64,000 bases of DNA from an uncultured Verrucomicrobiae bacterium (GTDB lineage Bacteria; Verrucomicrobiota; Verrucomicrobiia; Limisphaerales; Palsa-1400), in NCBI GenBank assembly GCA_963702845.1, contig OY969763.1, forward strand, positions 352,001 through 416,000, in the 5' to 3' direction. Numbering within the stretch: position 1 is the stretch's first letter; the number at the start of each line of letters is the position of its first letter. Of the stretch, positions 40,491 through 49,102 are shown one piece after another. A program made the position numbers and the translations under genes. The notes below the pieces were generated by a model. It ran no database searches and was not told where the DNA came from. It was given only the letters and a program-made list of their open reading frames with translations.

Positions 40491-42956
40491 GTGTATTGTC
40501 CGAAATCTGTGAAATCCATTTTCCTGACCTGTCTCGTCTGCGCATCTACCAATGCTGCCGAAACCAACGTCACTCGCGCCGCCACCAACTCCGTCAATTC
40601 CGCCGTCGTTCGCCAGAAACAGAACCTCGCCCCGAACGAAAATCTCCTGTTCAACGGCTGGGGCGTCACGCCCGCCGGCCAATCCGTTCCGGTCAGCGAC
40701 ATGCCGTTGAAGTTTGTTCTCTCGCCCGACGGCACGCGATTGCTCGCGAGCAGCGGCGGTTTTAACAACACCGGCCTGACGATTCTTGATACGGCGACGC
40801 ATCGCGTTACCCAATTCTTCCCGCTGAAAACCTGCTGGAACGGCCTCGCCTTCAGCAAAAACGGCCACCAGATTTACGTTTCCAGCGGCGCGTCCGGCGA
40901 AATTCACGTTTTTAACTACGACAAAGGAACCGCCACCTTCGCCAAAACCTACAAACCGATTCTCACCTTTCGCCAAACCTTCTTCACCGGCCTCGCCGTT
41001 CATCCGAGCACGGGCAAAATCTACATCTGCAACGAAGCCGCCCACGAAGTTCTCGTTCTCGATCCCAAAAATTTCCATCTCGAAGCCACCATCAGCGTTG
41101 GCGAATACCCGCACACGTGCGTGATGGGCGCCGACGGCGTTCATCTTTACGTGAGCAATTGGGGAAGTCGCACCATTAGCGTCATCGACACAAAAGAGAA
41201 TCGGCGTCTGCGCGATCTCGATGTCGACCTCCGTCCCAACGACATGGTCGTCGCGCGGGATGGCCGGATGTTTGTTGCGTGCGCGGGCGAGAATACCGTT
41301 CACGTCATCCAAACACTTACCGTCGAAAAATTCCGGATCGAAGCAAGCCGCAAAAAACGCCCGGTCGAAACCGCGCGCGAAATCATTTCGACCTCGCTCT
41401 ATCCCGACTCACCCGAAGGCAGCACGCCCGACGCGCTCGCGCTTTCGCCCGACGGCAAAACCCTCTTCATTGCCAACGCCGACAACAACAACGTCGCCGT
41501 CGTGAACATCAGCGATCCCGCCGCGTCGACCGTCGACGGTTTCATTCCCACCGGCTGGTATCCCACGGCACTGATTGTCAGTCCCGACAACAAAACGCTT
41601 TTCGTCGGCAACGGCAAAGGCCAACACTCGCGCGCGAACTATCCCGGGAAATTGAGCGCCCAGCGCGGCATCCGTAACGTTCTGTTCGATTACATCGGTA
41701 ACACCGTCGAGGGCTCCATTTCGTTTATCGATCGACCCAGCCCCGAACAAATGCGCGACTACACCGCTCAGGTCCAACGCAACTCGCCTTACACGCCCCA
41801 CAACCTTCGCGCCGCCCCCATCAAAAGCCACAGCGTCATACCTGACCACGTCGGCGCGCGCTGCCCGATCAAACACATTCTTTACATCATCAAAGAAAAT
41901 CGCACCTACGACCAGGTCTTCGGCGATTTCAAAGACGCCACCGGCAAACCCGCCGGCAACGGCGATCCTCGCCTCACCATTTATGGCGACGCTGTGAGTC
42001 CGAACCACCACCAACTCGCTCGCGACTACGTCCTCTTCGACAATCTTTACTGCAATGGCGAAGTCAGCATGGACGGCCATAGCTGGTGCGACGCCGCCAT
42101 GGCCACCGACTACAAACAACGCTGCTGGATGGTCAGCTACTCCCGACACGGCTGGCTTCCCGGCAACGAAGAAATGGAAGCCCCCGCCGCCGGGTTTTTC
42201 TGGGACCTTTGCCGCCGCGAAGGCCTCACGTTCCGCAACTACGGCGAAGGCGCAAAACGCGTACCGTCCGCCAATCGCGGCCACTGGCCGGGCGGTCGCG
42301 ACATGGACCGCGTCAAAGCCTGGATCGACGATCTCCACGCCGCCGAGAAAAAAGGTAATTTACCCGCGTTCACCATCATGTCCCTTGGCGAAGACCACAC
42401 CACCGGAACCAAACCCGGCACCTTCGCGCCTGAAGCCTGCGTCGCGAGCAACGATCTCGGTCTTGGCCGCATCGTCGAAGCCGCCAGCCGCAGCCGATTT
42501 TGGAATCAAATGGCCATCTTCGTCATCGAAGACGACGCGCAGAACGGCCCCGACCACGTCGACGCCCATCGCACCGTCGGCCTCGTCATCAGCCCCTGGT
42601 GCAAGCGCAACTTTGTCGACAGCACCATGTATTCGACCGCTAGCATGATCCGCACAATGGAATTGATCCTCGGCCTCCCGCCCATGACCCAATACGACGC
42701 TGGCGCCACACCCATGTTCAACGCCTTTCAAACCAACTCCATCCCGACGCCCTACACGCCGATCATGCCGCAAGTGAACATGCTCGCGAAGAATACAAAA
42801 AATTCGCCATTCGCCGCCGAATCCAAGCGAATGAACTTCAGCGAATACGACCTCGCCCCCGAAGACGAACTCAACCGCATCCTCTGGTACGCCGCCAAAG
42901 GAACCGACGCCAATTACCCAACGCCAATCCACCGTGCAATTCATCTAACACCGTGA
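40491..42956 (+). CDS. YVTN/YncE beta-propeller plus phosphoesterase, copy 2
   Basis: GFIPTGWYP, YIIKENRTYDQV, EDDAQNGPDHVDAHR. Confidence 0.88.
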   Translation: MYCPKSVKSIFLTCLVCASTNAAETNVTRAATNSVNSAVVRQKQNLAPNENLLFNGWGVTPAGQSVPVSDMPLKFVLSPDGTRLLASSGGFNNTGLTILDTATHRVTQFFPLKTCWNGLAFSKNGHQIYVSSGASGEIHVFNYDKGTATFAKTYKPILTFRQTFFTGLAVHPSTGKIYICNEAAHEVLVLDPKNFHLEATISVGEYPHTCVMGADGVHLYVSNWGSRTISVIDTKENRRLRDLDVDLRPNDMVVARDGRMFVACAGENTVHVIQTLTVEKFRIEASRKKRPVETAREIISTSLYPDSPEGSTPDALALSPDGKTLFIANADNNNVAVVNISDPAASTVDGFIPTGWYPTALIVSPDNKTLFVGNGKGQHSRANYPGKLSAQRGIRNVLFDYIGNTVEGSISFIDRPSPEQMRDYTAQVQRNSPYTPHNLRAAPIKSHSVIPDHVGARCPIKHILYIIKENRTYDQVFGDFKDATGKPAGNGDPRLTIYGDAVSPNHHQLARDYVLFDNLYCNGEVSMDGHSWCDAAMATDYKQRCWMVSYSRHGWLPGNEEMEAPAAGFFWDLCRREGLTFRNYGEGAKRVPSANRGHWPGGRDMDRVKAWIDDLHAAEKKGNLPAFTIMSLGEDHTTGTKPGTFAPEACVASNDLGLGRIVEAASRSRFWNQMAIFVIEDDAQNGPDHVDAHRTVGLVISPWCKRNFVDSTMYSTASMIRTMELILGLPPMTQYDAGATPMFNAFQTNSIPTPYTPIMPQVNMLAKNTKNSPFAAESKRMNFSEYDLAPEDELNRILWYAAKGTDANYPTPIHRAIHLTP

Positions 42957-42958
42957 GT

Positions 42959-43446
42959 TAGGGCGCGTCGCTCCACGCCGTCCTCTCTTTCTCCCTCTGA
43001 CCACTGACTACGGCATAGCGGCCTCATCGAATGGCGTAGCCATGAAGCGAAGGTAGACGTGGGATTCATCCCACGAACCAAAAGCGCCGCAACGATTCGT
43101 GTCGCGTCGCGACACCTGAACCCGCAAACCCGGTGGCAACCCCGCCACGGTTTGAAGCGAACGATCTGCGCGCCCTAGAGGGGCAGAATGAAAATAGCCC
43201 AGCGCTTTCCGGCCTGTTGCCCAAATCAACGCTCTTCGTCTTCAATCCCAAAGGGATTGCGTCACTCGGCCCAGCACCACGCGAAGCGTCCTCCGTAGCT
43301 TCAGCGAAGGTGGATTGCGTAGCGGCGACGAAGGAGTTAATTGGGTTTGGATCGGTGTAAAATTTTATTGACGGTGTTTGAACCGCGAAGCCACTCCGAA
43401 ATCCCGTAGGGATGACATGATTGTAGCCCGGCGTTTCAACGCCGGG
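42959..43446. repeat. Cluster of REP/MITE-like palindromes
   Basis: GTAG-a-cgtggga-ttca-tcccacg (43053-43075), gtgtcgc-gtc-gcgacac, aatccc-aaa-gggatt, GTAG-cccggcgtt-tc-aacgccggg (43423-43446). Confidence 0.75.
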
Positions 43447-43495
43447 ACAAAAGACTCAAACGAAGTTTCACTTTGCCACAGGCGCGACGAAGGAG

Positions 43496-44389
43496 TTATA
43501 TGCAGGTTGAGACGAGCCTCGAAAGTGAGGGCCAATTCGCTGTCGCGAGCTGTTCGTTTTGAAAAAACTTCTTACAAATACAGTTCCAATCTGGCTTAAG
43601 GATGCCCTTGTGACTACCTCGGACAGCAAGCGTCTCGCCGTCAGAGCAAAGTTCAGGAAACCCCAAGCGACGCATGTTCTGCTCATGATAACCGAAACCG
43701 AAAAACGCGGCTGAGTCGGCTTCTCTAAGAACCCAGCGAGCAAGTTTAAATGCTTTGGTAGAGAGCTTAGCTTCGGAAATAACAACGATTGATTCCAAAG
43801 CCTGCTTCATTCGCTCGTAGGCTGTTAGTCGATTTGTAATCCAATGAAGCCTCTCCCCCTCATAGTCTCGAAGCGTGCCGTGGGGACGAATTACGAACTC
43901 TTCGTTCAACCACCCGGCGGCAGTTTCCCTGGACACGCGTAGATTGTTCGAAATCACGCCGCACAAGTAACACTCAAGCGTTCGATCATAGTTAAAGGTA
44001 ATGACATGAACGCGTCGTTTCTTCAAAGCCGACCACGAGCTACATCGGAGCGCTTGCCAGAATGCTTCGTACCAGTGATCTCGCGGCTGGCACGGCGGAA
44101 ACAGCTTGTCTTCGTTTTCCCTTCCATCGAGGGCGAGCGCCGTGGCGAGCTTTCCTATCTTCATCCAGTTAGGTCGCTTCTCTAGAAAAGAATCCACAGT
44201 TCCTGCCGCAGACATCCGCAAGTCGTTCTGGAATGCGTGAAGTTCATCCCTTGAGACCCGAAATGGGCTCAGTAATTTAATCGTTGAGTCCGTGTGCCGT
44301 ATGCTTAAAACGAGGTCCCGAAGCTCTCGCCCAAGAGGTAAGCCATACGGTTTGCTTGCACCAGCACCGAGGATGAGGACGACGTTCAT
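43496..44389 (-). CDS. SIR2-like domain protein (candidate NADase or defence effector)
   Basis: LILGAGAS, ITFNYD, PHG, FFGFGY. Confidence 0.8.
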   Translation of the reverse strand: MNVVLILGAGASKPYGLPLGRELRDLVLSIRHTDSTIKLLSPFRVSRDELHAFQNDLRMSAAGTVDSFLEKRPNWMKIGKLATALALDGRENEDKLFPPCQPRDHWYEAFWQALRCSSWSALKKRRVHVITFNYDRTLECYLCGVISNNLRVSRETAAGWLNEEFVIRPHGTLRDYEGERLHWITNRLTAYERMKQALESIVVISEAKLSTKAFKLARWVLREADSAAFFGFGYHEQNMRRLGFPELCSDGETLAVRGSHKGILKPDWNCICKKFFQNEQLATANWPSLSRLVSTCI

Positions 44390-44771
44390 ATCTTCGCTAT
44401 CGAAACAGAATCATCCCCGCCATCGAAAAGCACTCTCACATTGCTGACGTAATCCTGCGGAGAGGTAACTTGGTTGGGAGGATGGTAACGCATTTGTTGA
44501 TTCTTCTCATTGTGCAGGACACCGCAAGTTTTTTTGCCGCCATGCCCGCCTTGCCCGTCCGGCTCGGACCCTATCTCGGATGAAGGGCGACAGTCGGAGA
44601 GCACGACCACGATTCGCGACAGCAAACAACTCATTTTGGGCACCTGACTAGTGGCGGGCTTGGGAAGCCAACCTGAGCAGTCAAAAAAAAGAACATGAAA
44701 ACAAATACACAAAATACAAACACAGGTCACTGCAGCTTGAACTCTTCATCTCTTCTGCCAATCATCAACTG

Positions 44772-45332
44772 ATGCGGCGAAAATGGAAGGTCGCGGTTCT
44801 GCTTGGGTGCATCGTCGCCATCGCGATTGGTGTCGCGCTGTTGTGGTCAACTCAACTTAACCAGGTAACGATCACGATCCCTAACGGACCGACGCTCAAA
44901 CTAATAGAGGCGAATTACGATGTCCGCAGTCAAATGTTGCTGAACCAAAACCCAGCAAAGCGCGCCTTGCAGAAGCTGAGCCTCTTGAGCGCGAAAGTTT
45001 TCCCACGACTCTTCATGCAAACGAAGACGATTACATTCTATTCGGACCCGGGTGAGGCAGTGTTTTGGTTCAGCGAAACTCCATACGAGCCCGATCGCGC
45101 TCGCCGGACATGGTGTGCCGTCCAGGACCCCGGAAAGCCCTACACAATAATGGCGGCTTGGAAATTGAAGGCTTGGCGATATCCGAAAACTCCGGGCATC
45201 GTTGCCATCACCTGGCCAGAATGCCCTACGAACGAAGAGACATTGGAACTGTCATTTTACAATGAGAACAATATGGCCCGGTCCAATGTTCTCGGACGAA
45301 TCACATTGAAGAATCCAGCGTATCGGCAGTAA
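44772..45332 (+). CDS. Hypothetical membrane-anchored protein
   Basis: 186 aa ORF with an N-terminal TM helix. Confidence 0.6.
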   Translation: MRRKWKVAVLLGCIVAIAIGVALLWSTQLNQVTITIPNGPTLKLIEANYDVRSQMLLNQNPAKRALQKLSLLSAKVFPRLFMQTKTITFYSDPGEAVFWFSETPYEPDRARRTWCAVQDPGKPYTIMAAWKLKAWRYPKTPGIVAITWPECPTNEETLELSFYNENNMARSNVLGRITLKNPAYRQ

Positions 45333-45445
45333 CCCCGCGCCGTGCATCAGTGGCCGTGCGCGAGCCATTCCTTTTAGAGACTCGCGTCGCCTCCAAACCT
45401 CCACGCCAGAGATTTGCAACCTCTGGATTCCGCGCGCAGAACACC

Positions 45446-45496
45446 CTTGTTCGCGCTGCGGAAATATGCGAACACATGTCGGTATAAGTGTTGGAC
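45446..45496 (+). promoter_or_regulatory. attI-like/operator motif, copy A
   Basis: cttgttcgc-N10-tatgcgaacacatgtcg...GTTGGAC (GTTRRRY core). Confidence 0.5.
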
Positions 45497-45778
45497 AGGA
45501 CGGAAATAAAGAGACTATCTATCTGCATAGCGGCGGCAATTCTCTCTTTTGTTACCTGCCATTTCGAGCCACTGCCTCACGGCGATGCATTGCTCCACTT
45601 GAGGTCCCTTGAAGCGCTCTGGAATATCCTGATCATTGCCGTGTCCGTAACGGCCGTTGCCGTTGGCATCGGCGTTCTGGTTCGCGGCTCTACTCCAGCC
45701 CGCGTCGTAGCAGTCGTCGCCTGTCTGTGGCCGCTTGCAGTCCTTTTGCAACTCGCGGCATTCCTGCTCGTTGAGTGA
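45488..45778 (+). CDS. Small hypothetical membrane protein (about 3 TM)
   Basis: 96 aa hydrophobic ORF starting at the GTT core. Confidence 0.55.
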   Translation: MLDRTEIKRLSICIAAAILSFVTCHFEPLPHGDALLHLRSLEALWNILIIAVSVTAVAVGIGVLVRGSTPARVVAVVACLWPLAVLLQLAAFLLVE

Positions 45779-45785
45779 GGAAGGC

Positions 45786-45917
45786 TCACAACCCCCTCAA
45801 CCTCCCCTGAATAATCACGCGCGGCTTCGTTGCGACCATAGACCGCAACGCATCCGCCGCATCATCGCCGCCGATTCCATCCTCGGCATCAACTTTGTCC
45901 ACGTCCTCAGGCCGATC
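45786..45917 (-). pseudogene. 3' fragment of a phage terminase large subunit-like gene, copy 1
   Basis: RPEDVDKVDAEDGIGGDDAADALRS...GRLRGL*; direct repeat of 46731-46855. Confidence 0.6.
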
Positions 45918-46041
45918 TTCCCCACCATCAGCGTTGCAGTGCGCGCGCCAATCGAGCCTCGCATCCTTCACGCCACGCCCTCACTCCGCAGCTGACGCAG
46001 TTAGGCGGGGTTGCAGAGACGCGCTTCAAGCTTATAAAGCG

Positions 46042-46094
46042 CTTGTTCACCTATCAAAGCTATGTGAACACTTGTCGCATATTAATTGTTAGCC
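46042..46094 (+). promoter_or_regulatory. attI-like/operator motif, copy B
   Basis: cttgttcac-N10-tatgtgaacacttgtcg-catattaatt-GTTAGCC. Confidence 0.55.
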
Positions 46095-46724
46095 ATGAAA
46101 CAACTCGCCGCAGTATTGTTGTCTTTGGTCATCGGGGGCGTTGGTGCCTCCGTTTTCGCGGGCGATGCCAGGACAAACCAGGCGCCACAGCGTGCTGTAA
46201 GCTCAGACGGTGATGTTGGATTGATCATCAAGGAGCTTTCCCCTGGTCATCCTATTGTAATTGCCATCGAGCGTTACAAAGATCATTCGAATCCCTCGCG
46301 GAGGGATGTGGAGATTCCCGAATCTCTGGCTCGTCAGTCGCAGACCAATTACGCGGAATTCAGCAGCGCCTTGGTCGCAGCCGCAGAGCATGCGAAGCTT
46401 GATAGCGCGTCGCTAGCCAAGATATTGGAGCTGGTGCGCGGCGCCAAAGAAAACAAAGGCTTGGCCGTAGTTCCGGTCGCTGCACACGCAACTCGGAGGG
46501 ACGGTGAGCTGGTTTGGGTTGTTTCGCTCAGATGGGAGGGAGAAAAATGGGTTTCAAGCGATGGAGATATGAGTCATTTCAGTAGTTTTACGTTTACGCA
46601 GAAGACATTGAGGAAGGTTGCTTTCGACTCGTGCGACTGATGGCTACAACTGCGTGCAGGCGACGCCGGGTTGCGCGCTGCTGTTTCCTGTAGCTGAGGT
46701 GCCCGGCGCGCCTGACGCATAGCG
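46089..46724 (+). mobile_element. Integron-type gene cassette
   Basis: Begins G|TTAGCC just before the ATG; ends in an attC whose R'' (TGGCTA-C) complements GTTAGCCA. Confidence 0.65.
46095..46640 (+). CDS. Secreted hypothetical protein (cassette cargo)
   Basis: ATG 46095, signal peptide MKQLAAVLLSLVIGGVGASVFA. Confidence 0.7.
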   Translation: MKQLAAVLLSLVIGGVGASVFAGDARTNQAPQRAVSSDGDVGLIIKELSPGHPIVIAIERYKDHSNPSRRDVEIPESLARQSQTNYAEFSSALVAAAEHAKLDSASLAKILELVRGAKENKGLAVVPVAAHATRRDGELVWVVSLRWEGEKWVSSDGDMSHFSSFTFTQKTLRKVAFDSCD

Positions 46725-46730
46725 TTAAAG
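46642..46730 (+). other. attC-like recombination site
   Basis: ggctacaac-tgcgtgcaggcgacgccggg...cccggcgcgcctgacgca-tagc-GTTAAAG; imperfect hairpin with bulged bases. Confidence 0.7.
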
Positions 46731-46925
46731 CCCCCTCAACCTCCCCTGAATAATCACGCGCGGCTTCATCGCCACCATATACCGCAACGCATCCGCCGCG
46801 TCGTCGCCGCCGATTCCATCTTCGGCGTCAACTTTGTCCACATCCTCAGGCCGATTCGGATCGTGCTGCAATGCCGGCAAACACTCAATCAACCGCTGAC
46901 AACGTTTGTGTATGAACAGCCTTGG
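46725..46925 (-). pseudogene. 3' fragment of a phage terminase large subunit-like gene, copy 2
   Basis: PRLFIHKRCQRLIECLPALQHDPNRPEDVDK...DDAADALRY, resembling a terminase nuclease C-terminus. Confidence 0.65.
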
Positions 46926-47353
46926 TGCAGTTGTCAGTCCCAACTATTGACAAAAGCCTCTTTCGTGAAGGGTAGACACTGCATTGAAACAAATGCCGAC
47001 ATTGATTGCGGAGGCAAATCTTCTTCCGCGTATTCAGCGCATTCCGCGGTTCCACTCCGTTCCCTTCGTGCCTCCTGTTCAATCGCTCCCGAACTTTGAT
47101 CCCCTAACTTCCAGCTTCGCTATCCTACACGCTTGACACAGCAGCTACTTAACTATAGGCTAAAGCCGCTGCTTAAAATGCAGTAGCAGGGTTTGCGTTC
47201 AACTTTGGATGCAATTCTCGCCGACAGTCGCGCCATAGCTTTATGCGAAGGCGGATTGGTCTTTGACATATAATGTAGCCGCCGAGGGTGCTTGTGGCAG
47301 TGTGTATCAAAACAATTTGTTCCGTAGTGCGAGGCGGAGGTTTGGCGGTTAAC

Positions 47354-47577
47354 ACTCAACTATCAACCCTCAACTTCCCGATCACCTCCCGACACTTCCG
47401 GACACCCTCCGGACACCCTCCGGACACTGAAAAAGGATTGTTTTATTTTCGTCCTGCGAAGGCGGGCCGTTTAGGAGAAACAAATGTTTCTCCAAAGTTT
47501 CTCCAACCCTTCTCCGAAGTTTCTCCATGTTTCTCCAAAGAGAAGGAATGGGAAGGAATGAGCAACAATGAGCAACA
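47354..47577. repeat. Array of short tandem repeats with 7 bp and 10-11 bp periods
   Basis: ctcaact x3; ccggacaccct x~4; tttctccaaag x5; gaaggaatg x2; atgagcaaca x2. Confidence 0.8.
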
Positions 47578-47698
47578 TTTTTGAATTTTTCTCCGGTTTC
47601 CGAATTTCGACCCATTGACTCCCAAAAAGGCGGAGGTAGTGAAAGATAATGTTGTTAATTGCGTGCTATCCGCTCTAGGGATGTCATGATTGACCCTT

Positions 47699-49027
47699 AT
47701 GTCATTTCAAGGACTTGGGCTAGATGCGAAGATTTTGCAGGCGGTTAAAGACGCCGGTTATACTGAGCCGACACCGATTCAAACCGCAGCCATCCCGCCA
47801 ATCGTCGCGGGACACGATCTCATCGGCATCGCCCAGACCGGAACGGGCAAAACGGCGGCGTTCACGCTACCGCTCCTCACCCGGCTGGCGGCGCAGCCTC
47901 CGATGCAACGTCGTGCCACGCGCGTGTTGGTCCTCGCGCCGACGCGTGAACTGGTCGTGCAAATCGACGAGAACGTGCGCGCTTATGGCAAACATTTACC
48001 GCTCTCGGTCGCCACGATTTTTGGCGGCGTCGGCGAACAGCCGCAGATCCGCGCTTTGCGGGCGGGCACAGATATTATCATCGCCTGTCCGGGCCGGTTG
48101 CTCGATTTGATGCGCCGACGGTGCGCGGATTTTTCGCAGTTGAAAGCGCTGGTGCTGGATGAAGCGGATCGGATGTTGGATATGGGTTTCCTTCCCGATA
48201 TCAAAAGTATCGTTCAACAATTGCCCAAGCAGCGTCAGACGCTGATGTTTTCCGCGACGCTTTCGAAGGAAATCGAACGGCTCACGCACGACTTTCAGCA
48301 CGCGCCGAAGATGGTGCAGATCGGTCGTCGCTCGAATCCCGCTGAAACGGTGACGCAGCTTGTTTACGAAGTGCCGAAGCACTTGAAGACGTCCTTGCTG
48401 TTGCATCTCTTGCGCGAGCCGCAAATGAATATGGTGCTGGTGTTCTCGCGCATGAAGCACGCGGCGGATCGCCTTGCGCGACAGTTGGAACAAAACGGCA
48501 TTCGCACGGCGACGTTGCATTCCAATCGTTCTCAAAGTCAGCGGTTGCGCGCGTTGAAAGATTTCAAGTGCGGTGCGGTGCGGATTTTGGTTGCGACGGA
48601 TATCGCCGCGCGCGGCATTGATGTGGACGGTATTTCGCACGTGGTGAACTACGATTTTCCGATGCACGTGGAAGATTACGTGCATCGCATCGGCCGCACG
48701 GGTCGCGCGAATGCGATTGGCGATGCGATTAGTTTCATCACGCCGGAAGACCAAAGCGAATTGCGGGCAGTTGAACGATTTATTGGTCGCGGTATCGTAC
48801 GCAAAAAGGCTGAAGGATTTAACTACGCCGGCTCTGCCCCCGCGCGGGAAGCGGGAGACGATGATCGTCGCCCGAGGCACCAGCACGGCGGGCCGAGGCA
48901 TCAGGGGCAACAGCGCCAAGGCGGGAGCAATCAGCAGGGTGGTGGACAGCGCCAAGGCGGAGGGAATCAGCAGGGCGGTGGACAGCGGAGAAGCCGGCCT
49001 TCTGGCCAGCGGCGTTGGAGAAGATAA
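47699..49027 (+). CDS. DEAD-box RNA helicase (RhlE-like)
   Basis: AQTGTGKT, PTREL, DEAD, SAT, HRIGRTGR; 36-bp tandem repeat 48911-48982 encoding a Q/G tail. Confidence 0.95.
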   Translation: MSFQGLGLDAKILQAVKDAGYTEPTPIQTAAIPPIVAGHDLIGIAQTGTGKTAAFTLPLLTRLAAQPPMQRRATRVLVLAPTRELVVQIDENVRAYGKHLPLSVATIFGGVGEQPQIRALRAGTDIIIACPGRLLDLMRRRCADFSQLKALVLDEADRMLDMGFLPDIKSIVQQLPKQRQTLMFSATLSKEIERLTHDFQHAPKMVQIGRRSNPAETVTQLVYEVPKHLKTSLLLHLLREPQMNMVLVFSRMKHAADRLARQLEQNGIRTATLHSNRSQSQRLRALKDFKCGAVRILVATDIAARGIDVDGISHVVNYDFPMHVEDYVHRIGRTGRANAIGDAISFITPEDQSELRAVERFIGRGIVRKKAEGFNYAGSAPAREAGDDDRRPRHQHGGPRHQGQQRQGGSNQQGGGQRQGGGNQQGGGQRRSRPSGQRRWRR

Positions 49028-49102
49028 TAGGTTCTCGAACGCCTGAGGTAGACGAAGCCTTCAGAGTTCTCATCGCGCAGAGCAGGCACTATATTGTCGC
49101 GA

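Noticed and set aside
44590..44625. tRNA-like fragment (cagtcggagagcac resembles a D-arm)
   Set aside because: No acceptor stem, anticodon arm or T-loop/CCA can be built
45990..46006. Second attC ending in ctgacgcaGTTAGGC
   Set aside because: A core-site match is present, but no complementary left arm or RYYYAAC was found upstream; at most a remnant
45792..46855. Diversity-generating retroelement TR/VR pair
   Set aside because: Differences are not adenine-specific on either strand and are mostly synonymous; no reverse transcriptase in the window
47354..47577. CRISPR array
   Set aside because: Repeats are 7-11 bp and contiguous, with no unique spacers and no cas genes
43496..47600. Intact prophage or complete integron
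   Set aside because: No integrase, capsid, portal or tail genes; only terL-like tips and one attC
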